Shown here: positions 49,940 to 61,759 of the stretch, in pieces
Numbering within the stretch: position 1 is the stretch's first letter
Layout: each line of letters begins with the position of its first letter
Source: an uncultured cyanobacterium
GTDB taxonomy: Bacteria > Cyanobacteriota > Cyanobacteriia > Cyanobacteriales > Cyanobacteriaceae
Length of the DNA stretch: 64,000 nucleotides
Reading direction: 5' to 3'
NCBI GenBank assembly: GCA_963749915.1
Contig: CAVVOP010000021.1
Coordinates: forward strand, 96,001 to 160,000
Made by a program: the position numbers and the translations under genes
The notes under the pieces: generated by a model
Seen by the model: the letters and a program-made list of their open reading frames with translations, nothing else
Databases searched by the model: none
Told to the model about the DNA's origin: nothing

Positions 49940-50980
49940 ATGAATATCGAAGGTAATTTAACCAATACTCAGACAAGAAAAGATGATCATATTAAAATTT
50001 GTTTAGATGAAAAAGTACAATTTAATCAAGTAAGAAATGGCCTAGAAAAATATACTTTTACTCATTGTTGTTTACCCGAATTAGATTATAATGAAACTGA
50101 TATTTCTACTAACTTTCTCGGCAAAAAATTAGACTCTCCCTTGTTAATTTCTTCCATGACAGGAGGTACAGAAAACGCTCAATTTATCAATATACGTCTG
50201 GCCGTTATCGCCCAAAAATACAGTTTAGCTATGGGCATCGGTTCAGGTCGTGTGATTATCGAAAAACCAGAAGTAGCAAAAACTTTTCAAGTGCGATCGT
50301 TTGCTCCTGATATATTATTATTAGCAAATATTGGGGCGGTACAATTAAATTATGGTTATACATGGCGAGAATGCTTAAAATTAGTCGAAATATTGTCGGC
50401 AGATGCATTAATTCTTCATCTCAACCCCCTCCAAGAATGTATCCAACCCGAGGGAGATTCCAACTTTAAAGATTTATTAGCAAAAATTGCTGTTTTATGT
50501 GCAAAAATGCCTGTGCCTATTATCGTGAAAGAAGTAGGTAACGGGATTTCAGCGACCATGGCAGAAAAATTAATCAATATCGGCGTAAAAGCTGTGGACG
50601 TAGCCGGTGCTGGTGGTACATCATGGGCAATGGTAGAAAGCGAGAGAAGCGACAATAAATTAAAACGGGAATTGGGAAAAACTTTTGCTAATTGGGGGAT
50701 TCCTACCGCCGACTGTGTAATAGACATCGCTAAAAAATACCCCGATATACCCTTAATCGCTTCCGGTGGCATTCGTAACGGTTTAGAGGTGGCAAAATTG
50801 TTGGCGTTGGGTGCCGATGTTGTTGGTTTAGCTTATCCTTTCTTAAAAGCGGCAATGACATCTATGGAGGCATTAGAGGAATTGGTAGAGTTATTAAACG
50901 CCGAAATCAAAACCGTGTTATTTTGCACGGGTAATAAGGATATAAAAAGTTTACAAAAATCTGACAATTTTACTTTGTAG
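49940..50980 (+). CDS. fni: Type 2 isopentenyl-diphosphate isomerase
   Basis: [41 protein letters not shown]. Confidence 0.96.
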   Translation: MNIEGNLTNTQTRKDDHIKICLDEKVQFNQVRNGLEKYTFTHCCLPELDYNETDISTNFLGKKLDSPLLISSMTGGTENAQFINIRLAVIAQKYSLAMGIGSGRVIIEKPEVAKTFQVRSFAPDILLLANIGAVQLNYGYTWRECLKLVEILSADALILHLNPLQECIQPEGDSNFKDLLAKIAVLCAKMPVPIIVKEVGNGISATMAEKLINIGVKAVDVAGAGGTSWAMVESERSDNKLKRELGKTFANWGIPTADCVIDIAKKYPDIPLIASGGIRNGLEVAKLLALGADVVGLAYPFLKAAMTSMEALEELVELLNAEIKTVLFCTGNKDIKSLQKSDNFTL

Positions 50981-51119
50981 AATAGGTTGGGTAGAGATTG
51001 AAAACTAATAGTTTACAACTCAATTTTCTATAGTTTACATTTTAAAAATCTTATTAATTAAGCTGTTCAATCAGTATTTTTTAAAAGAAAGCCTTATAAA
51101 TTCATTTACACAAATTATT

Positions 51120-51830
51120 ATGTTATTTAAAAAATATAATATCTTGTTTAGCTTAATTTTTACTCATATAAACTTAACATCTATATTAACTCAAAATCAG
51201 AGAATCAATAACTTTAATCAACTTAACAACTATTTTATAAAATTAGGTTTAAGTACAGCTAGTAATATTTGTAAAAAATATACTAGATCAAATTTAAGAC
51301 AAACATGTAATAGCGTAGTTAATCAATCTAGCTATTTAGATTTTAATGCTGTTTTTCTATGTGAAAATATTTTTTTTATTTCGACCAACACTATTAACTG
51401 TTTAGACAGTATCAGTAATAAAAGCTATACAGACTCAGAATTATTAAAATGTGGTAATAGCACCAACAAGTTTAAAATTTATACCTGTTTAAAAAATAGT
51501 GGAAAAACTGTTAATCAAAATCAACTAAATTACGAATATGAAAATAAAATAGCCTTTAAGAATGCTCAAAATATTTGCAATTCTTTTACCAATTCTTCTA
51601 CAAAAACATATTGTAATAAAATTATTAATAATAGCTATTTCTTAGATGTTGATGCCGTTAGTTTGTGTCGCACAAAATTTAGCATATCTCCTAAAATTTT
51701 AAATTGTTTCCAAATTATCACTAATAAAACTTATACCTTTAGTAATCTTTTTGAGTGTAATCAACAATTAGGAGAAGCCAAAATATTAAGCTGTTTATCT
51801 ACCAACGGTTATTTGCTAAAAAATGAATAG
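51120..51830 (+). CDS. Hypothetical Cys-rich protein with two tandem six-Cys domains
   Basis: 236-aa ORF in very AT-rich DNA with a clear internal duplication. Confidence 0.7.
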   Translation: MLFKKYNILFSLIFTHINLTSILTQNQRINNFNQLNNYFIKLGLSTASNICKKYTRSNLRQTCNSVVNQSSYLDFNAVFLCENIFFISTNTINCLDSISNKSYTDSELLKCGNSTNKFKIYTCLKNSGKTVNQNQLNYEYENKIAFKNAQNICNSFTNSSTKTYCNKIINNSYFLDVDAVSLCRTKFSISPKILNCFQIITNKTYTFSNLFECNQQLGEAKILSCLSTNGYLLKNE

Positions 51831-51948
51831 TGGGAGAAACTTAATAGTTGTTGGGTCACAGATAGTAATTAATCAATATTTTGGTTCAATCTCAAGTTAT
51901 ACTGAAATAAACAATAGAATTAAGTTTTATTAAAATTAGTTAAAATTC

Positions 51949-52431
51949 ATGAAAGAAGCCATCAGAGAGATTTTACAACCAGTAGCTGATATATTCTCAG
52001 GTTTCAATACCCCTGAACCAATTGTTCATTGGGGACATCCTTTTTTTATGGGGATTGTGATATTTGCCATGGGTAGTTTTGTGGGGATCACTGGCTGGCG
52101 TAGTCGCATTTCCGAAGATACAGAAGTTAAACAAGCCAATAAATTAGATCACCGTAAATTAGCACCATTTTTGTTCCTGTTCATTACTTTAGGTTATAGT
52201 GGTGGTGTATTATCTTTAATTATGCAAGGACAACCTATTTTTGAAAGTCCGCATTTTTGGACTGGCTCAACAGTTATCGGTTTGTTAGGTTTAAACGGGT
52301 TAATCTCTGTGACGGGTTTCGGGGGCAATAAAGAAGGTTTACGCACTGCTCACGCTTATCTAGGTAGTATAGCCTTGGTTATCATGGTTGTTCATGCTAT
52401 TTTAGGCTTAAAACTAGGACTATCAATTTAG
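51949..52431 (+). CDS. DUF4079 family membrane protein
   Basis: HWGHPFFMG, SPHFWTG, LRTAHAYLG; four TM helices with His residues. Confidence 0.82.
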   Translation: MKEAIREILQPVADIFSGFNTPEPIVHWGHPFFMGIVIFAMGSFVGITGWRSRISEDTEVKQANKLDHRKLAPFLFLFITLGYSGGVLSLIMQGQPIFESPHFWTGSTVIGLLGLNGLISVTGFGGNKEGLRTAHAYLGSIALVIMVVHAILGLKLGLSI

Positions 52432-52548
52432 GTTAATTGACCATGGCAAAGACAAAGACATTTAGTTTATTTTCACAAAACTGATTGCTATATAAGAAGG
52501 AGTGACAGTATCAGGGAAAATAAAAATATATCAGTTGCAGGTATAAAA

Positions 52549-55260
52549 ATGCAATGGCATCAGATCTCAGCTGCCGATGCGGCCAACTATCTTAGGGCAG
52601 ATTTAGTCACGGGACTGTCAGCCGTGCAAGTCTCTCAGCGACAGAAGTATTACGGATTTAATGAACTCAAGGGGAAAACAGGGAAAAGTCCTTTTATTCG
52701 TTTCTTAATGGAATTTGACCAACCCTTGATTTATATTCTTCTAGTAGCAGGGGTTGCGGCACTATTACTTCAGGATTGGGTGGATGCGGGGGTAATCTTT
52801 GGGGTGATATTGATTAATACAGTGATTGGCTTTGTCCAGGAGTCAAAAGCCGAAAATGCCATCGCGACCCTAGTACAATCGGTCACAGCGGAGGCAACGG
52901 TGATTCGAGATGGACAAAAAGTGCGGCTTAATTCCCGCGAACTGGTTCCTGGGGATCTGGTGTTGTTGACATCAGGTGATAAAGTGCCTGCGGACATGCG
53001 GTTGGTCAGCGTCCGGAATTTGCAAGTTAGTGAAGCGGCGTTGACCGGTGAATCCGTTCCTGTGCAAAAAGTAACTGAACCACTAGCTACTGAAACCGTC
53101 CTCGCCGATCGCACCAACATGGTGTATGCTGGCAGCTTAGTTACCTTTGGGCAGGCAAGGGGAATAGTAGTTGCGATCGCCAACCAAACCGAAACGGGAA
53201 AGATTTCGCAATTGATGGAGCAAAGCAATGGACTAGAAACACCCCTTACCCGAAAGATTGAACAATTTAGTAGGACGCTACTATACGTCATTTTAGGCTT
53301 GGCAGGGTTTTTGTTTGCAGTGGTGATCGGTCAACAAGGAAGTTGGGCTGAAGGGTTTAAGGCAGCCGTTGCATTGACAGTCAGTGCCATTCCTGAAGGA
53401 CTACCCGCCGTGGTGACGGTGACACTGGCCATTGGAGTCAATCGCATGGCACAACGACACGCCATTATCCGCAAACTTCCGGCAGTGGAAACCCTCGGCA
53501 GTACCACCGTGATTTGTTCTGACAAAACAGGTACTCTCACGGAAAATCAGATGACCGTTCAGGCCATTCACGCGGGGGGTGTTTCCTACATAGTCAGCGG
53601 TGTGGGCTACCATCCTCAGGGAGCAATTTTAGTCAACGAACAGCCGGTGGAGATGATTCAAACCCTGACGCTGTCTGAGTGTTTGCGGTGTGGTTTATTA
53701 TGCAATGATTCCCATCTTCAGGAACAGGATGGTAAACTGACTGTGGTTGGCAATCCCACGGAAGGAGCTCTAATTATCTCGGCACAAAAGGCAGGATTGA
53801 TATTACAAGCCCTAGAACAGGAACAGCCGCGACTGGATACGATTCCCTTTGAGTCGCAGTTCCAGTATATGGCCACTCTGCACAGTTCGCCAGAGAGCTG
53901 TAACACAATTTATCTCAAGGGTTCGGTAGAAGCAATTCTGAAGCGATGCCATCGCCAACTTGATGCTGATGGACAACCCATAGATTTGAATCGAGAGCAA
54001 ATTGAGCAGGTCATCCACGAGATGGCAACTCAGGGATTGCGAGTACTGGCATTTGCGAGAAAAAATATTGCAACCAATCGGCAACATATCGACCACGGGG
54101 ATATCGATGCTGATCTAATCTTTCTTGGACTTCAGGGCATGATTGACCCACCTAGATCTGAAGCCATCGCCGCGGTGCGGGCCTGTCAGGCGGCGGGAAT
54201 TCAAGTCAAGATGATTACGGGGGACCATGCACTGACGGCTCGTGCCATCGCCCATCAAATAGGCCTCAGCCGGGATGAAAATGCACTTGTATTCACTGGA
54301 AAACAACTAGCAGAAATGACGGATCAGGATCTGGGGAATGCGGTTGAAGTTAGCTCCGTGTTTGCACGGGTTGCCCCGGAACAAAAGCTACGACTGGTGG
54401 AAGCTTTGCAGTCAAAGGGTGAAATCGTCGCCATGACCGGAGATGGAGTCAATGATGCCCCCGCTCTGAAGCAGGCCGATATTGGGGTGGCCATGGGCAT
54501 TAGCGGCACCGAAGTTGCTAAAGAAGCGGCGGATATGGTCTTAACCAATGATAATTTTGCTTCCATTGAGGCGGCCGTAGAGGAGGGACGTACTGTTTAT
54601 CGCAATTTGTTGAAAACTATTGGGTTTATTCTGCCTGTCAACGGTGGCGAAGCAATGACGATCTTGATAGGTATCCTGGCCGCCGGAACCCTGCCCATTT
54701 TGCCTGTGCAGATTCTTTGGGTAAATATGGTGAGTTCCGTTGCTCTTAGTGCTACACTCGCATTTGAACCAAAATCCAGAGACACCATGCAGCGATCCCC
54801 TCGCCATCCCCATGAACCACTGTTAACAAGAAAACTGCTGTGGCGTATCCTGATTATTGCGACCTTCAATCTGGTGGCGGTTTTTGGCATGTTTGAATGG
54901 GCTGTGCAAGCCACAGGTAACATTAATCTGGCTCGCACAATAGCAGTTCACACCATAGTTTCCGCCGAAACCTTTTATCTGCTCAGCATTAGCCAGTTTA
55001 TTCCCTCTTTGTTCACTTATTTTCACGATTGCCTTCGGGCACTCCCAAAGGGCAAACCCCCTCAGGAAATGAACTATATACCTGGGATCGGCGTGTTTTG
55101 CGTTTTTATTTTTCAAATTTTCTTTAGTCAAGTGCCGAGCATCAATCCACTGTTTGAGACTCAACCCCTCAGTCCCACACAAGCCCTGATCTGCATCAGT
55201 GCAGGTATTCCGGTCATTGTCCCTGCTTTATTGCTAAAGCGGTTTGCCCCCCTTGCTTAA
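52549..55260 (+). CDS. Cation-transporting P-type ATPase (type II), paralog of 8425-11175
   Basis: [29 protein letters not shown]. Confidence 0.93.
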   Translation: MQWHQISAADAANYLRADLVTGLSAVQVSQRQKYYGFNELKGKTGKSPFIRFLMEFDQPLIYILLVAGVAALLLQDWVDAGVIFGVILINTVIGFVQESKAENAIATLVQSVTAEATVIRDGQKVRLNSRELVPGDLVLLTSGDKVPADMRLVSVRNLQVSEAALTGESVPVQKVTEPLATETVLADRTNMVYAGSLVTFGQARGIVVAIANQTETGKISQLMEQSNGLETPLTRKIEQFSRTLLYVILGLAGFLFAVVIGQQGSWAEGFKAAVALTVSAIPEGLPAVVTVTLAIGVNRMAQRHAIIRKLPAVETLGSTTVICSDKTGTLTENQMTVQAIHAGGVSYIVSGVGYHPQGAILVNEQPVEMIQTLTLSECLRCGLLCNDSHLQEQDGKLTVVGNPTEGALIISAQKAGLILQALEQEQPRLDTIPFESQFQYMATLHSSPESCNTIYLKGSVEAILKRCHRQLDADGQPIDLNREQIEQVIHEMATQGLRVLAFARKNIATNRQHIDHGDIDADLIFLGLQGMIDPPRSEAIAAVRACQAAGIQVKMITGDHALTARAIAHQIGLSRDENALVFTGKQLAEMTDQDLGNAVEVSSVFARVAPEQKLRLVEALQSKGEIVAMTGDGVNDAPALKQADIGVAMGISGTEVAKEAADMVLTNDNFASIEAAVEEGRTVYRNLLKTIGFILPVNGGEAMTILIGILAAGTLPILPVQILWVNMVSSVALSATLAFEPKSRDTMQRSPRHPHEPLLTRKLLWRILIIATFNLVAVFGMFEWAVQATGNINLARTIAVHTIVSAETFYLLSISQFIPSLFTYFHDCLRALPKGKPPQEMNYIPGIGVFCVFIFQIFFSQVPSINPLFETQPLSPTQALICISAGIPVIVPALLLKRFAPLA

Positions 55261-55325
55261 AGTTGAGTGTTATGCGATGTGACGATCGCCCATATTTTAA
55301 GAAGCTCGACCAAAATCATATCCAA

Positions 55326-55361
55326 ATATAGTTATTTCAATTAAGATTGAAATAACTATAT
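55326..55361. repeat. Perfect 16-bp-stem palindrome
   Basis: ATATAGTTATTTCAAT-TAAG-ATTGAAATAACTATAT. Confidence 0.8.
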
Positions 55362-55460
55362 CTATTCAGTTCAGACATGCCGCAATACTGCTCGGTTAAG
55401 CTCAAAAACGCCCAAAATGGGACAATTTAGAATTTAGAATTTAGAATTTAGAATTTAGAA

Positions 55461-56856
55461 TCAATTTTTAGCCTTAGTATTTTTAATAATTGCATGAATA
55501 ATAGAAATTAATTCATTAGATTCATTCAGTAAAGAAAGCAATCTTTGTTCTAAGTTTTTTTCAGTAGCAATTAAGATTTTTAACCAATAATTAGTCTCTC
55601 TAGCTTCCGATCGAGAAATAGTCCTTTAGGGGTGACAACAAGCTTAAATATCAGAAAAAATAGTACTTTCAAGGCACCTACAAGAATTTTTTTAATACAT
55701 TATACTTCAAAGCTTATTGAGAATGTAGATATACCAATATGCTTTCTGTAATCAAAAAAAGTGCACCGGTGGCTCACTTTTCTGAAAAAATCGATATTTG
55801 TAGTTAGAGAAAATAGCGATTATAATGATGTTATTAAATGAATTTGTCACACATTTTCACAAATATCTAACTCCTACTCAATTTCAAACTTTATCTATTC
55901 TAGTAGGATTGTTAAATCAATATAGACAAGTAAAAATAGAGAAATTAGCTGAATTTTTTCCCTTACCAATTCTTTTTGAAAGTCGAAGAAAACATATTCA
56001 AAGATTCTTAACTTTAATCAGTCTAAGTATTCCCCTTATTTGGTTTCCACTCATTCAACTGATTATTACTCAACAATTTCCCCAAGACTCATCTTTAATT
56101 ATTGTTCTGGATAGAACACAATGGCAAGACAAAAATATATTTATGATTAGCGTCCTAATTTTGCATAATCATGCTTTCCCAATTTATTGGAATATTTTAG
56201 AGAAAAAAGGTGCGAGCAATTTAAAAGAACAAAAAGCTTTAATAAAACCGGTATTAAAACTATTAAGACAACACCATATTATCCTCATTGGCGACCGAGA
56301 ATTTCATAGCGTTGAATTAGCTAGTTAGCTAAAAAAAGAGAAAAAAAAGAGAAAGCAAAAAATAGATTTTGCGTTTAGACAAAAAAAAGATACCTTAGGA
56401 TATAATCTAGAAGGAACAAAGGCAAATACAGCCAGATTAACTAGGATTATTTTATTAATAGCAATTGCTTACACGAATAAGGCCTTAAAAGGGGAAATTC
56501 TCAAGAAAAAAGCTAAGCAAAAATATATTGCCCGTCCCGAAGAAAAAAGAAGAAAAACAAGAAGACATAGTGAGTTTTGGCTAGGGCTATATGGTGAATT
56601 ATGGTGCAATAATTTTGAATTATATCTAGAAGAAATCAACCAAATAATGCTGTTAAATAGTCATTTTATGAATAAAATCAGGCTTACTTTCGGCATTTTG
56701 TGCTTCCTCAACATTAGCCCCGATGACTGTTCCAGAGCGTATTAATTGTTTACTCAAATCATATCCTGTTCCACCATTTTCTCTCAAAAACTTACAAAGA
56801 TTAACTATTCTTATGCTAAAATTTAGAGTTCTTTCTTGTATATCTTTTTTAGCCAT
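55461..56856 (-). pseudogene. Four-helix-bundle protein (23S rRNA-IVP/bAvd-like, TIGR02436) split by an IS4 remnant
   Basis: N-part QLIRSGTVIGANVEEAQ..DFIHKMTI (56655-56856); C-part SRSEARETNYWLKIL (55461-55623) with a further +1 frameshift; AAATAGTC repeated at both junctions. Confidence 0.88.
55624..56654 (+). mobile_element. IS4-family element remnant (premature stop, internal deletion, right end lost)
   Basis: ORF 55825-56328 with FESRRKHIQRFL, LDRTQW, IGDREFHSVEL; later GYNLEGT..LLIAIAY..FWLGLYG; left end CTTTAGGGGTGACAAC. Confidence 0.88.
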
Positions 56857-56903
56857 TTTTAAGAAAATACAACATAAATTTTAGCCTTAACCGAGCAGTA
56901 TTG

Positions 56904-57597
56904 GTATGGTTGCCTTCTGGACAAAGAGTAAGAGCAAATAAGTGGAGAGAATTTGAGAGAATATTTTCCACAGGAAAGAGAGAAAAAAGATATATAAGAG
57001 AAATAATTTACGGCAAGAAAAGAGAAATAAGATATTGGCAGGTAACGAGTAACAAAGAAACATTACCAGAAAATTCAACTTAGTATATAATGAGCAAAAT
57101 ACCGGGAATAAAATATAAAGAAATAGGAAATTTATATGGGTTAAGAAATTGGGTAGAGTTAAGGATTAAAGCAAAGTAAAAATGAATTAGGATGGGCTGA
57201 TTTTCGAGTAACAGAGTATAGTAGAATTGAAAAGTGGTGGTCAATAGTAATGAGTGTGTACTTAATGGTAAGTTTACAATCAGAACAATTAAATAATTAA
57301 ATGAATCAAAGGAAGAAAGAGTAGAAAGAGAAAAAAATTTATAAGAAGAAATGAAAAAACATCCGTGGTGGGATGAGGGAAAAGGCTGGAAAAATATCCT
57401 CAATAAATTAAGGCTATTTCTGCAACCATTGTCTTGTTTTAACTTGCTAAAGCCTTGGTTATTAATGTTTTTTAAACCTAAGATAGTTCGCTCGTTTTGG
57501 CGATTATTTTCCCAAATAAATCAATTCATAAATTCTATGTTGGAGAAGTTTTTTTCCTATATTTTTTGTTTCTCTTTTACCTAAAGTTCCAGAAGAG
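56904..57597 (+). mobile_element. IS701-family 3' fragment, degenerate
   Basis: Near-identical inverted copy of about 60345-61030, with stops and indels. Confidence 0.9.
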
Positions 57598-57605
57598 CGT
57601 TATAA

Positions 57606-59703
57606 CCCACATTCCGCACGTCAAACTGTATAAATTCAGATTACGAGGTTAGAGGTTGAACAGTGATTGACTACGACAAGAAATACTCGGTGATTAGTTC
57701 TCTAGCTTATAAAGAGAACTCAGATAAATTAGTAGAAAAATGAGCAACGTTTAAGGGATAATTAAATTCAGTTTTTAATTTAATTTTGGAAATGATACTT
57801 TCAGAAGATATACAAGTTCAAACCATTAATCATTTAGGATTAATTGCTGGAGTTATAGATGAAATTGGCATTGAAGAAATTATTAATGATGCCCTCGGTA
57901 TTGACGAGAGGGAAATCGTGACAGCAGGTCAAATAGTCAAAGCAATTATTCTGAACGGATTAGGATTTATTTCTCGACCTCTTTATCTATTTCCACAGTT
58001 TTTTAAAGACAAAGCCACAGAACATTTAATCGGAAAAGGAATACTACCTGAGCATTTGAACGATGATAGAATTGGAAGAATAATGGATAAACTTTATGAA
58101 AAAGGATTATCTCCATTATTTTTAATTATTGCTTTAGCCACAGTAAAAAAATATAATATCAACATAGATTTTTCTCATTTAGATTCAACTTCTTTTGCAG
58201 TAGAGGGGAAATATAATCAAGAAAAAATCACCAAAAACTTGGTGAAAGAAAATGCAGAATTAGAGTTAATTAATCAAATTCCAATTAAGATAATTAAAGG
58301 TTATTCTCGTGACCATAGACCAGATTTAAAACAATTTATTTTGGATTTAATTGTGAGTAGTGATGGTGATATTCCACTATTTTTAAGAGTAGCAGATGGC
58401 AATGAAAATGATAGAGCAGTTTTCGGCAAAATAGCGAAAGAATACAAATCAATGATCGATTTTGAGACGATGATAGTAGGTGATAGTGCCTTATATACAG
58501 AAAATAACCTGAAATTAATGAGTGGAATAGAATGGTTATCGAGAGTTCCACTATCAATAAAAGAGGCAAAAAATTTAGTTTCAGAACTATCAGAATCTGA
58601 TTTGACTCCAAGTAGTTTAGAGGGATATTTATGGTATGAAGTAAGGAATAATTATGCAGAAATTGAGCAGAGATGGTTAATAGTAGAAAGTGAAAAAAGA
58701 AAGGCATCAGATTTAGAAAAACTAACTAAAAAAATAGAGAAAGAAAAAGAAAAAACCGAAGAAATATTAAAGAAATTGATGAAAGAAGAATTTAGCTCAT
58801 CAGAGGGAGCTTATGAAACAGTTTTGAGACTAAATAAGACTTTAAAATATCATCAAATAACCGATCTAAAAATGACAGAAAGTGAGTTAAATAATCACAA
58901 GAAAAAATCGAAAAAGAAAGAAGAAAAATCGGGAAAAACTTATCAAGTTACGGCTATTTTGAAATCAGATTTAACGAAAATAAACGAATCAAAAAAAAGA
59001 GCAGGAAGATTTGTGTTAGCTACAAATAGATTGGATAAAAGTAAATTTAATTCTGATGAAATTTTAATTAAGTATAAAGAGCAACAAGCCGCAGAAAGAG
59101 GTTTTAGTTTTCTGAAAGATCCATTATTTTTTGCCGATAGTGTGTTTTTAAAAACCCCAAAAAGAATCGAAACAATGGCAATGTTGATGGGGTTATGTCT
59201 GTTAGTCTATTCTTTGGGGCAAAGAGAAGTGCGTCGCTTATTAAAGGAGAGAAAAACGGGGATAAAAAATCAGCTGGGAAAACTAACGGAACGTCCAACG
59301 TTAAGATGGATATTTCAATGTTTTCAGGGGATTCATTTAGTAATAAATCAAGGAATAAAACAGATAGTAAATCTAACAAATGAACGAAAACTAATTTTAA
59401 GTTTTTTCCCAATTTCTTGTCATAATTATTATATTTTATCTGGATAACTTATGGGATTTAAGAGTCTAAATATTCTCAATTATAATACCATAAATAAAGA
59501 AGAGAAAACTGATAGATTTGCTCTGTTTATTTATTCTCATTAAAGGTGAAGTTATTGACAATGAGATTTTAATTTGAGCAAAGTTCGCAAGTACAAAACG
59601 CGAATAAAGAAGATATTGAGTATTATTACTTATATTTTGTCCAAAATAAGTTGCTTGGTTTTAATACTTTTATCATCTTACAAAGTGACGTGCGGAATGT
59701 GGG
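57606..59703 (+). mobile_element. IS1634-family insertion sequence, apparently intact
   Basis: Perfect 18-bp IRs CCCACATTCCGCACGTCA / TGACGTGCGGAATGTGGG around the transposase; no target duplication seen. Confidence 0.93.
57786..59447 (+). CDS. IS1634-family DDE transposase
   Basis: HLGLIAG, LNDDRIGR, HLDSTS, GYSRDHRPDLKQ, DSALY, ERGFSFLKDP. Confidence 0.95.
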   Translation: MEMILSEDIQVQTINHLGLIAGVIDEIGIEEIINDALGIDEREIVTAGQIVKAIILNGLGFISRPLYLFPQFFKDKATEHLIGKGILPEHLNDDRIGRIMDKLYEKGLSPLFLIIALATVKKYNINIDFSHLDSTSFAVEGKYNQEKITKNLVKENAELELINQIPIKIIKGYSRDHRPDLKQFILDLIVSSDGDIPLFLRVADGNENDRAVFGKIAKEYKSMIDFETMIVGDSALYTENNLKLMSGIEWLSRVPLSIKEAKNLVSELSESDLTPSSLEGYLWYEVRNNYAEIEQRWLIVESEKRKASDLEKLTKKIEKEKEKTEEILKKLMKEEFSSSEGAYETVLRLNKTLKYHQITDLKMTESELNNHKKKSKKKEEKSGKTYQVTAILKSDLTKINESKKRAGRFVLATNRLDKSKFNSDEILIKYKEQQAAERGFSFLKDPLFFADSVFLKTPKRIETMAMLMGLCLLVYSLGQREVRRLLKERKTGIKNQLGKLTERPTLRWIFQCFQGIHLVINQGIKQIVNLTNERKLILSFFPISCHNYYILSG

Positions 59704-59705
59704 TT

Positions 59706-59854
59706 CCACTACCCCGAAGGGTAGCGACCTTTATGCTTTATGTATCATGGTGCCGAATGAAGACTTTGCTGAACTAATCCGCAGTGGAACTCCAGTAGAT
59801 TTAGATGAGGAAGATTTACAAGTTCTTAATCGCTCAGATTTCCCTAAATATTAA
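59706..59854 (+). pseudogene. 3' remnant of a probable cupin-domain gene cut off by IS1634
   Basis: LYALCIMVPNEDFAELIRSGTPVDLDEEDL..* resembles the C-terminus of a cyanobacterial cupin family; no native start. Confidence 0.55.
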
Positions 59855-60340
59855 TAAAACCAAACTAAAAGTCATAACAAAAATAGTTACAAGTCAGATA
59901 CAAGTAATCCAAGAATGGGGGTTTCTACACAACCCCTCGAAAAGGTATATTCCAGTGACCATGAGTCTTTTGTTGACTAGAAGGTATAAGTCTAGAAACT
60001 TTATGGGATAAAGTTTTCAGCCTATGCTCCCGTTGGAGCGAGACCATAAAAGTCTCAGATTTTGGGATGATTGCGTTTCCCAAAAGTGCGATCGCACTCT
60101 TCGGCTGAAAAGCGCATTATTTCGTTACTTTCTTCTCTACTGAGACTACCAGCTTATCTGAAATGTACCGTTTCGGGGCGTAGTGCAAAAAACCCCATAA
60201 TCATCCACCACAGAATTATTAATCTCTACCCTCTGCTGTAGATTGACATCAATGGTAAGTAAAGTCAGCTTAATCCTTCCTGATACTTCCTGAATGCTAT
60301 CTGAGATCGCCATAGGTTTATTAACCTTCTGAAGATTACT

Positions 60341-61746
60341 ATCACTCTTCTGGAACTTTAGGTAAAAGAGAAACAAAAACTATAGGAAAAAAACTTCTCC
60401 AACATAGAATTTATGAGTTGATTTATTTGGGAAAATAATCGCCAAAACGAGCGAACTATCTTCGGTTTAAAAAACATTAATAACCAAGGCTTTAGCAAGT
60501 TAAAACAAGACAATGGTTGCAGAAATAGCCTTAATTTGTTTAGGATATTTTTCCAGCCTTTTCCCTCATCCCACCACGGATGTTTTTTCATTTCTTCTTG
60601 TAAATTTTTTTCTCTTTCTACTCTTTCTTCCTTTGATTCATTTAATTGTTCTGATTGTAAACTTACCATTAAGTATACACTCATTACTATTGACCACCAT
60701 TTTTCAATTCTACTATATTCTGTTACTCGAAAATCAGCCCATTCTAATTCATTTTTACTTTGCTTTAATCCGTACTCTACCCAATTTCTTAAACCATATA
60801 AATTTCCTATTTCTTTATATTTTATTCCCGGTATTTTGCTCATTATATACCAAGTTGAATTTTCTGGTAATGTTTCTTTGTTACTCGTTACCTGCCAATA
60901 TCTTATTTCTCTTTTCTTGCCGTAAATTATTTCTCTTATATATCTTTTTTCTCTCTTTCCTGTGGAAAATATTCTCTCAAATTCTCTCCACTTATTTGCT
61001 CTTACTCTTTGTGCAGAAGGCAACCAGACCCCATGGTTACTTCTTATTGCCAATAGGAAGTTGAGTTTTTCTTTATTTAATATACTCACAAAATTTTCTT
61101 CACTTTCCCCATATTCACGCTTCTGCTAATACTAACTTAATTTTAAACCCTTTTTCTTGTAATTTTTTGATAATTTCTCCTCCTATTTTTGGCTTACTTT
61201 TGTATTGATCTCCTTTTTTTAATCTCTCTTTTGGTTTATACACTTCTTGGAGCAAAGGTAATGTCATTCCTCGAACTAATCCATAAGCTGTTACTGTTAC
61301 TATTCCATTTTCTACTTTGCCTAAATTTCCAATATATTGCCTTGTGACATAATCGGTTTTATTTCCTTTCTTTCTATCTCCTGTTTCATCTATTATTACG
61401 ATAATTTCTTCTCCATTTATTACTTGTAAAATTAACTCTAATCTTCTATTTTTTAGCTCTTCCACTGACCAAGGTGAATTCGGTTAAAAAGTGATTTAAT
61501 CCCTCGGCATTTTCTAATCCTAATACCTTGGCGATTGCTGGTAAACTTTTTCTTTTTATATCTGATATTAGTCCCAAATGAAGATACTTAAAACACTCAA
61601 ATGTCCTCACTTCGGGAAATAAATCTCGATAGATTTCGCAGTATTGATCAATGAATTTGATTGTTTTGTGAGCTGGACGTGGCTTAACCATAACTCACCT
61701 CCCGATTTCAAGCTTTTTTCTTAATTATAACTAACCCAGAGTCCTA
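60341..61746 (-). mobile_element. IS701-family element with frameshifted transposase (ORFs 61446-61691, 61115-61465, 60358-61089)
   Basis: KRKSLPAIAK, IIDETGDRKKG..RQYIGNLGKVENG, YGLRNWVEYGLKQSKNELEWADF; two frameshifts; ends approximate. Confidence 0.92.
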
Positions 61747-61759
61747 AAAAAGCGTTAGA

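Larger units (their letters stand above)
55383..56903. mobile_element. Cassette bounded by perfect 18-bp inverted repeats, carrying AATTTAG x5 and a four-helix-bundle gene
   Basis: CAATACTGCTCGGTTAAG (55383-55400) / CTTAACCGAGCAGTATTG (56886-56903). Confidence 0.7.
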
